From Felis catus (taxonomy: Eukaryota): a DNA stretch of 64,000 bases. The position numbers and the translations under genes were made by a program. This document shows, piece after piece, positions 36,834 through 49,145 of this stretch. Numbering within the stretch: position 1 is the stretch's first letter; every line of letters begins with the position of its first letter. The stretch covers positions 158,102,001-158,166,000 of the forward strand of contig NC_058368.1 of the NCBI RefSeq assembly GCF_018350175.1, in the 5' to 3' direction. The notes under the pieces were generated by a model that ran no database searches, was not told where the DNA came from, and worked only from the letters and a program-made list of their open reading frames with translations.

Positions 36834-39484
36834 TAACCAGCCAAACTTGCTGGAAGTTTTACAGAAATTTCATTAAGCCTATAGATCTCTTCAGGGAGAA
36901 GTGGAATCTTTACTCTGTTGAGTCTTCCAATATGAAAACATGGTATATCTCTCCATTTATTTAGGTCTTTTTAAAAATTTCTTTCACAGAAGTTGTAATT
37001 TTCAGCATATAGATCCTATACATATTTTGTTAAGTATACACTTAAGTATTTTATTTTTTGGAGTAATTATAATAGTACTGTATGCAGTTTCACATGCTAT
37101 CGTCAGTATGTAAAAATAAGATTGATTTTTGTATGTTGACCATGTATGCTGTGACCTCACTTATTAGTTCTAGGAAGGTTCTTTGGTGGATTTCTTGGGA
37201 CTTTTGACATAGACAATCATTTCATATGCAAGCAAAAATAGTTTCCTTTATTCCTAATTTGTATGTTTTATTTCGTTTTCTCAACTTATAGCAGTGGCTA
37301 GAAGTTCCAGTATCCAGCGAGTGGCTAGAAGTGGCAAGAGTGAACATACTTGCCTTGTTTCTGATCTTAGGGAAAAAGCTTTCAGTCCTTGAACATTAAC
37401 TGTGATGTAAGGTTTTTATAGATGCTACTTACTGTGGGGAGGTAGTACCTTAACTTACTGAAAGATTTTATCATGAGTGGGTGTTAGATTTTGTCAAATG
37501 TTTTTTTCTGTGTCAAATGATATGATTATATGAGTTTTCTTGATTTTTATCAACCTTGTTGATATGATGGATTACTTTGATTGATTTTGGAGTAATGAAT
37601 CAGCCTTGCACACTCAGGATAAATCCACTTGACCATAGTATGTAATTCTTTTAAATAATTTTTAGATTTGATGTGCTAGGATTTTGTTGGGAGTTTTGTT
37701 TATGTTGTTGTTTTGTGTAAAGTTGTGAGAAATATTAGTCTGAAGTCTCCCTGTTTGTGCTGTCTTTGTCTGGTTTTGGTACTAGGATAATACTATCCCA
37801 ATAAAATGAGTTGGAAAGTGTGCCTTCTATTTTCAGAAAAAAAAGGTTGTATAAAATTGATGTTAATTTTTCTTTAAGTGTTCACTGGAATTCTCCAGCT
37901 AAACCATCTGAGTCTGGAGATTTCTTTTTTATAAACTATTACATTATGAACTCAATTTCTTTAATTATTATAGGACTATTTGGATTTTCTGTTTCATCTT
38001 AGTTGAATTTTGATAATTTGTGGTTTTTCAGGAGATTAATTTTTCCTAAGTTGTCAATTTATGATCATAATGTTCAGAGTATTCCATTATCTTTTTAATA
38101 ATTCCAAGATTTATAGTGATACCCTGTTTCATTCCTGACTTTGATAACTCCCCCACTGTCTTCCAGTGGGGAAGAGAAGTCTATGATATGTGAAGGTGGA
38201 GAGCTTCTTAGTCAGGCACTTGTGACAGAATCTCCCTAAAGATACCCCCCCAGAGTCTCTGGGCAGGAGCAAAGAAGCTTCCTGGTTGGGCCACATGTTT
38301 TGGTGGGGTCCTTCTTGCCAGTTCCTCCCACTAGCTTTGGTATCGGTAGGTGGAAGGGGGGCATATGTGGTCTCCAGTCTGGTAAGGAGAGAGAGCACTT
38401 GTTGGACACTTAGTGTTAGCAGTTACCTCTAGCTCTATTCCTTCTGTGATGAAGTTGGGTTGGTTTCAGAAGGATGTTTTCAGAGGGACTTTCCCTCAGT
38501 CTAGTGGAGTAAATGAGCTGACCAGGGCTCCCTTCTATTGCTAAGCTGGTATCCAGGAAATACCAAGTCTGGGTCACCTTCTTCTGTTGGGTAGGGCCTA
38601 CAAAATACCTTGCCACCGTGCTGTTTCTCTCAAGTCAGTTTGCCTTCTTATCACCTTTCTGAATATCCTTTGGCTGTCTCTTGAGTTATTTCCAGGACTT
38701 ACAGTTGCACTTTCTGGGGTTGAGCAAGGAGAAATAGGTCTACACCATTTTTTCCAGACTGGAAGTTATGTATACTCTTAACAGAGGAATTGTGTTTGGT
38801 TCTCAAATGTCTACTTTGTGTGTTTAGAAACTTAGCCATTCTAGGGGCAAAAGTCACCATTGCAGAATAGTTCCCAGGCATTGCTGCTCTGAGGCAGTGG
38901 CACAACTCTCAAGTTTCTTCTGGGACTTGATGCCTGCATCTGTCAGAGAAACAACTGGTAAGGATAATCAGTCAACAGGAGATTGTTTTTAAAAAAGGTC
39001 ACTTTTTAAAGTCACTTAAGTACCACCACATGCATAATTATCTTCAGTTAAATGTTGCATATTATGAAATCTCCTTCCTTTTCTTTCCCCTTAAAGCTTA
39101 TCTAAAAATTAATCTTAACTGGATTTAATATTTCCATAAGACAAAAGAAAGCAACTTTGAAGGGACTTATATGGGGTCTTACCATACCTCTTTATTTAAA
39201 GTTTTAGATTAATTTCCCCCAAAACTGAATAGTGAGAGCCTTTCTATTAAAATGCAGATTTGGTACTCAAAGAGCAAATCATAAATCAAAATCATGGGTT
39301 GAAATGAATATGATGAAATTTATTGGGAATAAGGATAAAACCTTTTACTTAGGTACAAAATGGTCATTAATAAATATGTAGATGGGGAAACAGTTCAACA
39401 ACAGTTTATTTGAAAGCAGAATAAAGGACTCACTTACTGTGACCTGAAAAGCTATTGTAATCATAATGTAAATATCAGAGCCAG

Positions 39485-39731
39485 AGTTACCTGGATGGCT
39501 GTTGGTTAAGTGCCTCACTTTGGCTCAGGTCATGATCTCACAGTTCTTGAGTTCAAGCCCTGCATCGGGCTCTCTGCTCTCAGCACAGAGCCCACTTTGG
39601 AGCCTCTGTCCCCCCACCCTTCTGCCCCACTCATGCTCTCTCTCTCACTCTCTCTCAAAAATAAATAAACATTAAAAAATATACATATATTATATATATA
39701 TATATTATATATATATATATATATTATATAT
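39485..39731 (+). mobile_element. CanSINE with (TA)n-expanded tail
   Basis: TSD atatcagagccag at 39472-39484 and 39732-39744. Confidence 0.95.
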
Positions 39732-39777
39732 ATATCAGAGCCAGGAGCAAGAGTTAAAATCCCTTTAAGCTCTTTTG

Positions 39778-39942
39778 TAGTATTGCTCCAATTTTAATGT
39801 GCATGCAGATTACCTGGGTATCTTGTAAAACTGAAGATTCTGATTTAGCAGATCAGGAGTAGGGCTTGAGAGTCTATGATCTAACCATCCCCAGGTGCTG
39901 CTGGTTCTGTCAGTCAGTGGACCACACTTTGAGAAGCAAGGC
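39778..39942. mobile_element. MER5-type hAT MITE
   Basis: 'gattacctgggtatcttgtaaaactgaagattctgatt...ggaccacactttgagaagcaagg'. Confidence 0.8.
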
Positions 39943-40094
39943 CCTATACTATGCAGATCATTTCTAGGGTGAGATATTAATTTATAGGCAAGCAGCACAT
40001 CTTAAGAGAATCTGAGAATAAATTTGCTTAGAGAAGATAAGGCAGGATAGTTAGAAGTTAGAAACTAAGGTTCATGAGTAACAGCAGAACGGTC

Positions 40095-40600
40095 AACCCT
40101 TAATCAAGTAAGAGCTCTTTCACATTGAGAATATAAACCATCCACAGAAACAGGCAAACAATTTAACAGTAACAACAAAAATCTCACAAGACCAAACACG
40201 GATAACCAATTAACATTTGAAAAGATGTTTGGCCTCAGCAATGATTATGGCATGCAAAATAAAACAACGATGAGATACCATTTTTTTTCAGCTAGTGTAG
40301 ACAAAAATTTAAAAGCTTGATGTAGTCCAGAGGGAAAATAGGGTTTGTCATACATCGCTGATGGAATATGAATTACCAAAAGCTTTTTGAAAAGTAATCC
40401 AGCATTATTTACTATACTAAAGAATGTGAATATATTTTGACTTAGCATTTCCACTTGTGGGCATGTTCACTAATGAAATAAATCCGAAACTATGGATATA
40501 CTTACAAAGATATTTAACTGCAATGTTGTTGTGGGAAAACGCTTGGAAACTACCTGAATGTCCTCAACTAGTGACTGACCAAATTGTGGCATATGTAACA
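40095..40600 (+). mobile_element. L1ME-type ORF2-end fragment
   Basis: 'aaagatgtttggcctcag...atgcaaaataaaacaacgatgagataccatttt...tcatacatcgctgatggaat'. Confidence 0.75.
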
Positions 40601-41255
40601 TAAGGGAGAATTTTCTATAAATTCCTACCTTCCAAGGGTGGACTGAATGTTCAATCATAGGCCACCAGAAATACTATTAGTGTAATTTTTGTAGAGGTGA
40701 GACAACAATCTGTATGATTTCTGAGTTTCCTTCTGACTCTAAAACTCTGTGATTCTATAAGTTGGGTACAGTGAACCTCAATAAAAGAAAGGAAGAAGAA
40801 GAAGGGAGGCAAGTTTCCTATCCTATTTTTATCTGCTTTCCTCAGTTTACAATTGGGACTTTGGCAGCTGGTTTAAGAGGTGGAGTATTTCATTCTCATG
40901 TATAGAGGCCAGCAACTGAAGTTATTTGTTTGAATACATAATAAATTAAGAAAAAATGGTTATTGGGTTCTCTATCCCTAGTTATTGAAACAAGATCCAT
41001 ATTTCAGAAAATTCCTCCTTTATATTCATAGTCACTAACGGAAAGTGACTAATATGTGACTGGGCAAGAACACAGCGTCAAACACCCTGAGCATATGGAT
41101 AAGTGACTCTCTGTGTGTCTAAAATCAATGGAGCCTGATGCCTGCTTCTTTGCCAGGAGCGTGGACCAGCATAAATGCACTTAGGGACGGGAGAACAGCA
41201 TCTTATTATGTATTGAGATGGGGGTGAGTGGCTGGATGCCTGCATTTCCCTACAT

Positions 41256-41590
41256 CAGTGGTTTGCAAACTGTGACACTTCCTCAGAGGGGCTTCTGGGG
41301 CCCAGCAAGCACTTGTTACAAGTGCTTAAAATATGTTTAAATAGTTATTTTTAAAATTGTAATTAAAAACTGAACTAGCAAACATATTAAAATATGATAT
41401 ATGCCAAAATTTTAACACACTGGAAACCACCAAAATATTAATGTACATTATCATTGTCTGTTTAATAAGTAAATATTACAAATGTCAGTGTATAGGTTTG
41501 TATAAAAATATTTTTGCTTGTCTTACAGTGCAATATAATATTTCAATTGGAAAATAGGAACTTAAACTGCTAAAATTTTTGATAGTCACT
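41256..41590. mobile_element. Old hAT-Charlie-type MITE
   Basis: Termini cagtggtttgcaaa ... tttgatagtcactg (imperfect TIRs). Confidence 0.45.
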
Positions 41591-41678
41591 GCCTCAGATC
41601 ACAAGTTAACGAAGATAGAAAAGTAAATGTAGAGTGGTAAAGCCTGAGAAATTACTATTAGAATGGCTCATTCATATA

Positions 41679-42533
41679 TAGTAAAACCTTGGATTGTGAG
41701 TAACTTGTTCTGTGAGTTTTCCACAAGACAAGAAAATATTTCTAATAAATTTTAACTTGATAATTGACTAATGTCTTGCAATATGAATTGTACGTGATGC
41801 CTAATGTCACATGATCACAACTGAGGCAATGGTTTTCTCTCTCTCTCTTGCTGAGGGACTGTGGGTGATCATCTCCTATGCTTGGATGCTCGGTCTCAGG
41901 CCATGGTGTTTGGCAACCATCAGTGATTTTTCAGACTTGCAGGTGCCCAGAACAGGCACTTATGTATTTTTTGTCACTTCAAAGCACCTATGGACAGTCC
42001 TTTGCTTTTCCATACAAAAGTAAGCTTGGGAATTCTTTGCTTTATTCCAGGTCAGGCTGCCTGCAGATATAGACCCTTTCTTCTGATGCCTTACTGCCAG
42101 TTACATTAAATACAGTATATGACAAGAGTTTATTAATACTGTATTGTAGTCAGCATCCATGAGAGCATATAAAATGGCCCCCATTCAGAAAAAGATTCCT
42201 TTGAGCCAATAGATAGCAGTGAATTCCAATAGTGATAATGAAAGTTGTCCTACACAATGACCCTCCTCTCTCATCTCCCTCACACCAACCACAAAGGTTT
42301 TCAAAGGTAAATGCAGGTAAATCTGTTTATTTTTCTTATATTTTTAATTTTCTTTATTATTTTGTCTTATATTACAGTATTCTAATCATTTTTATATGAA
42401 TATTTTGGGGTTGTGGAATGACTCATCTGAGTTTCCATTATTTATTATGGGGAAATTCGCTTGATATACAAGTGCTTTGAATGACAAAGCACATTTCCAG
42501 AACAAATTATGCTCACAAACCAAGGTTTTACTG
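41679..42533. mobile_element. Non-autonomous Tc1/mariner (Tigger/pogo-type) DNA transposon, ~855 bp, both ends present
   Basis: TIRs (t/c)agtaaaaccttgg(a/t)ttgtgag at both ends, TA on each side (41677-78, 42534-35); no transposase ORF. Confidence 0.85.
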
Positions 42534-43557
42534 TATTTCTCAAATCTTTAACTGGTCCTCACCTCCTTTCAAACTTCCCACCTTAAACACAAAACTCTTT
42601 ATTCTACTTTAAAACATTTGAATTTATTTTTATCTTTTCAGAATCTCAGGCTCATCTTCCCTCTTTTTTTTTTTTTTTTTTTTTGTAATTTTGTGGAGAG
42701 AGCAAGTGAGTACTGGGAACTGACTACAGTTGAATTGAATGCTGGTGATAAGGGTTAATGTGATGACTTGAATGATAGTTTCTATTCAAGGGAGAGAGTT
42801 CTTATAACACTCAATTCTTCTTCTATTGCAAACAGGTTTTCAGAAATTAAATAAGCTTGGAAACTTTCTAGCACAGGATTCAGAGTTTGACTGCCTAGTT
42901 TCAAATTCTAGGTCTACCATTTTAAATCCAAATCTGGTACCCTTTCTTCTATAGTATGCCTTCTTTCATAGCTGCAAGACAGAGCTGTGAAAGTTAAATG
43001 GGTGGCTGATTTTTTTTCCTCTTCATTATTTTTGGTAGATATGGAATTCTGATAGCACTTGACATTCATTCACTCCTCTAATATTTATTTGTGTAAACAT
43101 GTAAGACCATTGGCAATGCCTACACTGTGCAAAGCAGAAGAGGAAAGGATTTTACAAAGAGAGATCAGTTAGGAAAACAAAACAAAATCACCCCAGTTTT
43201 AACAGATATATCTCACTAGCTCCCTGTAGACACTTTTATTATCCCATTTGACAGATGAGAAATTTGTGGCACTATGAAGTTAATTTTCTTGCCCAAGTTC
43301 ACACAGCTACCAGGTGGTAATACCACTAACCCTGTAAAAGCCAATAAGAAGGCAGGCCCATAACTTCTTGAGAAGTACCTTTTGTTTTTCCCTGTGTCTG
43401 GAAATGATTTTTTATGTCTGGTTTAACTTTTTTTTTCTTTAAATGGCTTTTTTAAGGTCTAAGAAAATAATATTTTCAATGGGTTGTGTCATACCATAAT
43501 ATAACAATGGCAGGGGACTTTTAAATTGAGTGGCTGACAAGAATTATTATAATATAA

Positions 43558-43693
43558 GGGGCATCTGGGTGACTCAGTTGGTTACGTGTCAGACTTCAGC
43601 TCAAGTCATGATCTCACAGTCTATGAGTTTGAGCCCCATGTTGGGCTGGGATCTATGCTGTCAGCTCAGAGCCTGGGGCCTGCCTCAAATTCT

Positions 43694-43738
<45 letters not shown>

Positions 43739-43757
43739 CCTTCCCTGCTCGTGTGCA

Positions 43758-43788
<31 letters not shown>

Positions 43789-43851
43789 CCTTCCCTGCTC
43801 GTGTGCACTCTCTCTCTCTCTCTCTCTCTCTGCCCCTTCCCTGCTCGTGTG

Positions 43852-43909
<58 letters not shown>

Positions 43910-43962
43910 GTTAAAAATAACATTTTTAATGTTATTAAAAAATAAACATTAAATTTTTTTTT
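43558..43962 (+). mobile_element. CanSINE with an internal triplication and (CT)n(TA)n tract
   Basis: Perfect 17-bp TSD aattattataatataag at 43542-43558 and 43963-43979. Confidence 0.96.
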
Positions 43963-46907
43963 AATTATTATAATATAAGTCAAAAATGTGCTCTGATTAA
44001 ACAAGAAACAGTTATCCACAGTGTAGAAGAGAAAGTCACATTTCCTAACCTGGGAGTTCAACGTCAATTAGAATCCAGGTATTTATGGGAAACACACACA
44101 AGATCTTGATGCACTAAAAGTGTGGTGAGGAAGGCAGCTTATCTGAGAAATTGGGAATCTAGTAACCACTTGAAAGACTATAATTTATAAAAGCAACCAT
44201 TTCCTAAAGACAGCCATGTCAGTGATAGCTCTGACCCTGCAACTAGGACCAAAGTAAAGGACAAAGGACTGCAAATCCATAGTAGTAATTCCAGTATAAA
44301 TTACGTACTGACTCGAGTTAATCAGGGGTTAATTCAGAAAAGGTGGAGAAGAGGAGTAACAATATTACTATTCATCACACACCTACTAGGTATTAGCCAG
44401 TGACTCTGTTAAACACTGTCTATAAGTTATGCCATGTAAACCACAAGAGAACACCCTGAAGCATTATCTCTGTATTACGGATGAGGCAATAGAACTACAT
44501 TAGACCACGTAACATGCTCACCATTACCGAGGTGATGAAACTTCCGTCAAGCTTAGACTTTAGGTTAGAGTTTAAGCCTGTGATCTTTCTACCTCATGAA
44601 GATTATTCAGCTATTACTGAACATAGAGTCTTATTTGTTTCTACGAGTGCTCTGGTTATTTAAGCAATAGAGTTTTGTCTTCAGAAAATAAGACTCTCAT
44701 TCTCAGTTCACCACATCAGCTAGAAAGGTATATAAAATAGGTATGAAAAGCAAAATTGACATGTGCTTAACAGTAACCCATTACAGCTGCCAGAGGTTTT
44801 GACTCCTGGAGCTCACAAGGGTCTATAGCTGGTGCCTAGAGTTTGCAAATCCCATATATCATAATAATGCATTCATTATTCATTGTTCAACAGGTAAAGG
44901 GCTAGGATTAAAAGTGATTCACTGGATAAAACAGATAAAGACTTAACGAAAGGATAGTCATTCTGCTAACTATAGAGGGAAGAAAACAATAAGAAATATT
45001 ATTTTTTGATTGGTTGCTACTCATGTAAGTAGATTAATATTCTGAGTGTCATCTTTGTGAGGAAAGAATTGTTGGGACCCAGAAAGAAAATAGTGGTTTC
45101 TTCTATTTCTAAAAGGCATTTGTGTCTTAAGCAGAAATATGGATAGAAAATGGGTAACAAATAAGAATTTTGAACATAATTAATCATAATAAATTATAAA
45201 TTCAATTTCAGCTCTGTGTACATAGTCCAAGAGATTTAACTTCAAGAAAAAATTATGTTCAAGTCAGGAGAAAATAGCTGATTGAGAAACATTGACGATA
45301 AATTCCCAATACTACTAAGGTGAGAGCATTCTTCATTTTTGTTCTAATTGTGTATAATATTGAAATAAGGAATATTTCTGGAAGCTCTGCTTAGCTGTTT
45401 CAGATGAGCTATTTTTATGAAAAATAATCTTTATTACAGATAATCATTCGTATGAGATCATAGATACGAAATGCCTTGCACTGTGCCTGCCATAGGTGTT
45501 GCTCAGCTGTTGTTTTTCCTTATTGGAACTCTAGCTGTTCAGACTTGTTCCGTGATCCAGCCTCCATTTAGGTGCTATTACCTGAACTGTAATCACTTCA
45601 GAGGGAATAATAACTTCTGGGTATTGTTGTTTCTTTCATTAACCAAAATCTATACAATTAAAGTAGATGTGATAACCCATGCTAAATTCATATTTTCTTC
45701 AAAAAAATAAGATATCAGTTCACCAGGCTTTGTCATTTGTTAACTATCATGGTCTAAGTCTAATCCTTTTGATGCTGATAAGAAGAAAAAAAAAAGGTGC
45801 TTTTTACCAGCTGGATGAAATTACAGTAAGATAGCCAGAAAAATGATTTATGTTCTGATCCCAAGAGAGTAATCAATTTACACTCTGAAGCATGAAATCT
45901 GATTGCCCTTTTCTCTAATGTAAAACACCATGTACTACAATTTATTGGCCATAAAACTACTCATCCATAGTCAAAGCATTTTGCTCCATGATTTCTCTAT
46001 GCAATCTTCAAAGAAAGGATTAATATGAAATTAATCAACTATTGACTCCGTATAGAGAATCCCTGCCCACCTTTTTAAACTCTGCTTGGAAAAGAGACCT
46101 CCATAAATTATTAATGGAATTCTGCAGTTCATGTCATAATTTATTTCCTTCCAATGCCTACTAATTTTTTAGGCCTCCAGAATCATGAATTTGTCTTTCC
46201 ACATATCTTGTTTTCTTCCCTGGGTTATAAAGTTAGACAACTTTCCCAGATTTTCAAGCTTATTACTGCAATCACCCTTTCTTCCAATGTCATTTTCATT
46301 CAGAAAAGAATGATTTCATTTACACTACTTTAAAGATAGTAGATTTCTAAATAATTCCAAATTCACTCCCTACCAATCACTTTACATTCAAATGTCTCGT
46401 TGATGCTTATGTTACAAGAATTAGACTAAAATCTTACTGAACATAAGATTTTCAAACAGCTTGAATAAAAGTATTTGGATCTTATAGAAATAAATATTTG
46501 TGTAAACATGTCCAAAATTTTCATAATCTGAATAGAGCTATGTTTCATTATCAATCTCACATCTTGTCTGTGGTTTCTCTTATTCAAAAACTGGTATACA
46601 TAAAAATAGAAAGCTTGAATTTTTATTTTCAAAATGTTTTGAATCTTGAAGATTCACCTTCTCTTTCCAAGAAGTTTAATGTCACTGAGCTTATTTTAAA
46701 TACCACTTTCAGCTTTATGTGAAAGTCATTTTTACATTTGCCTTTAAATTTTTTTTTCTACTTAGAAGTGGGACATAACACCTATTGTCTCTTAGTCTGC
46801 AATACTGACAACTGGGAAAAAAAAACAGTAACAATTTCAAGAGCAAAAAGTTTTAGTCACAATATGAGAGGAAAAAAAACCTAAACCTTAGTTTAAGGTT
46901 AAGTGAT

Positions 46908-47103
46908 TCTTTTATTTTTTTCATTTTGAGGGGAAGAAGGGGCAGAGAGAGAGGGAAAATGAATCCCAAGCAGGCCCAGCACAGAGCCTCAATGTGGAGG
47001 GGGGGGTGGGGTGGGGGGCTCCATCTCATGACCCTGAGATCATGACCTGACCCTAAAGCAAGTTGGATGCTTAACCCCTAACAGACTGAGCCACCCAAGG
47101 GCT
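46908..47103 (-). mobile_element. CanSINE (diverged, internal G-run)
   Basis: 'ccctgagatcatgacctga...gatgcttaac...gactgagccacccaag'. Confidence 0.9.
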
Positions 47104-47614
47104 TCTACAAAGAAATTATTCTAATAGCATAACTTCTCTTCTCAAGTACCAGGAGAATATAATAACTTTTAACATAACTATGGCCTTTCCTTGAGTATGT
47201 TCCATCTAGAGCAAAAGTCTTGCTAAACCATCAGCTCTCACCTCTATTTACAAGGGTCTGTCTTTGATTACAAGAAAACCAAATTTAGTAGTGCTCTGTA
47301 CTCCAAGCACGTGTTTGTTATAAGAGGAACTGTCAGTTATAATCACTTCAAAATAGGTGTTAGAGGGTTACCAAGAACAACAATTTGAAGCTTCTAATAT
47401 ATTGGATGTGTAAAACTGAAACAAGATAGATTTAGTCAAATAAGAATGGCAGACTTTTCCTGGAATTTGAAAGAGGCTGTTTAATACTGTTTCTGGTGTT
47501 CTGGTAACCAATATTAAAAGTCAGGAAATTTGTGAGTTTTATAATTTTTTAAAATTATGTTAATTTTGAAGAATTTTGTAATTTTTCCAGGGCAAGTTAA
47601 ATTATTGAATCACC

Positions 47615-47768
47615 CAGTTCCTTGCTACACAAAGTATGGTCCATGAACCACACTGACATTGGTCTGGGGTCATGTTGGAAATACTGAATGTCAGACCTGA
47701 TGCGGAATATTCATTTTCAATGAGATCCACAGGTGTTGCAGAAGCATATAAAGGTTTAAGAACACTGA
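47615..47768. mobile_element. MER5A-type hAT MITE
   Basis: 'caaagtatggtccatgaacca...gttggaaatactgaat...aaggtttaagaacactg'. Confidence 0.7.
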
Positions 47769-48649
47769 ACTATTTAACATTGCTTCTTGGAAGGGCCAAA
47801 ACCTCATCATGACGGTTTGTGGGTCTGTATGCGGATATAGACTGCTGTGCTGGAAATGGATCACAGGTGCACTCAAGCCCTCAGCCCTCAGAGCAGGTGG
47901 GTGGAGGCTGACTCAGCCAGAACCCCCAGAGCAGTCGCTACAGTTGCAGGTGGTCTTATCCATTAACCCCAGTGTGCCATATCCACATCATCATTTTCTA
48001 TGTGGGCTGCTACATGAAAAAAGGTAGCAATGCACTGCTCTGATGAATTACATTTAATGGTATATTTTGATGGGAAGGATTAAAGAGAGAAAGTAAATAG
48101 AAAGGGGAAATCAAAGCTCTTGAATGCAGACAAATCAAAAGTGAGGAAGTCAGAATAAGCTTGGATATTTGCTTCAGTTCCCCAAATCCTTGCAAAGTTA
48201 CATAAGTAGAGTTTATACAACAACCAAGCAATGTTGGAAGAATAGTTCCTGGCTGGCAAGGTTTCTTTTTCTCAGTTTTTGCTTTAATATAAACCAGCGT
48301 AGCCTAAAACATGAACAGAATTGTTTAGCAGTAAGCCCTTGGCAATGGCAACAGAAAAATCACTGAATAATAATGGAACATAGACCAAACTAGGAAAAAA
48401 AAAAAAACATTTCTCTTATCCACATTTGTTGAAGCATTTGTCCAGTGCTTTGAAGAGAGTGGCTTAGAAGCTGATATAAGAAGCCAAATCTATAGCAATT
48501 GTTATTGTTATACATGGGCTTGTTATTTAGTTAATTTTTCACTTAATATTTTAACTCTTATTACTTAATATGGGTCTGTCTTTCTCAATGAACATTTTTT
48601 AATGTTCATTGTCAAATGAACATTTTTAATGTCAAAATTAAAGAATCCA

Positions 48650-49145
48650 CAGTCTTAGCTTCTCTCTTGTAGCACTGCAATGGCTTCAAATTGGTTTCTC
48701 TTGCTAGTTTCCCTCTTTCAAACCTATTATTCACATAATTATCTGAGAGACCCCTTGAGAATACAAATCCTTTTATGTCACTTTTCTGCTTATACTGCTC
48801 CAATGGCATTCAGAGCAAATTCTTTCATTTGTCATTCACATTCCCTTAGGACTTCTTGAGTCAACTTCCTTTGCTATTCCAGACCCAACTGCATTGCAAC
48901 TATATCATACAGCTGTAGTTTCCCAAACATGCAGTGCTTTATAACGTCTCTGTCTGCACCTGCTGTTTCTCCTGCTATCATGCTCTTTTCCTTCCTTGTT
49001 GACTTGGCGACACCTTTCTCATTCCTGAAGCTTCAGCTCCAGTGTCAGCTCCTGTAGAAAGTCCTCTCTTCCCCCCTTCTAGTAATGTATTCCCAGGGAA
49101 CCCCGTGTTGTCTCTATCATGGAATTTCTCACTGAGTATTGTCAT
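48650..49145 (+). mobile_element. L2 fragment; resumes at ~50165-50290
   Basis: 'ttggtttctcttgctagtttccctctttcaaacctattattcacat...ctgctccaatggc'. Confidence 0.65.

Larger units (their letters stand above)
35805..38767 (-). mobile_element. Old L1M composite: 3' end, ORF2 segment (36126-38150) and 5'UTR-like segment (38150-38767)
   Basis: Antisense ORF2 text ('gtggatgtccaattgctctggcaccatttattaaaaag', 'cttgccttgtttctgatcttagggaaaaagctttcag'); ends 'ccattttttccagactggaagt', like L1M 5' termini. Confidence 0.8.
39250..40090 (+). mobile_element. CR1/L3 fragment interrupted by a CanSINE and MER5
   Basis: 'atgatgaaatttattgggaataaggataaaaccttttacttaggtacaaaa...aaatatgtagatgggga' matches L3 RT-end text. 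Confidence 0.6.

Noticed and set aside
43730..43860. Repeat-spacer-like pattern resembling a CRISPR array
   Set aside because: The 'spacers' are (CT)n microsatellite inside a mammalian SINE; no cas genes; eukaryotic context
43530..44067. 119-140-aa ORFs on both strands
   Set aside because: Translations of the SINE (CT)n/(TA)n tracts (SLSLSL, ERERER)
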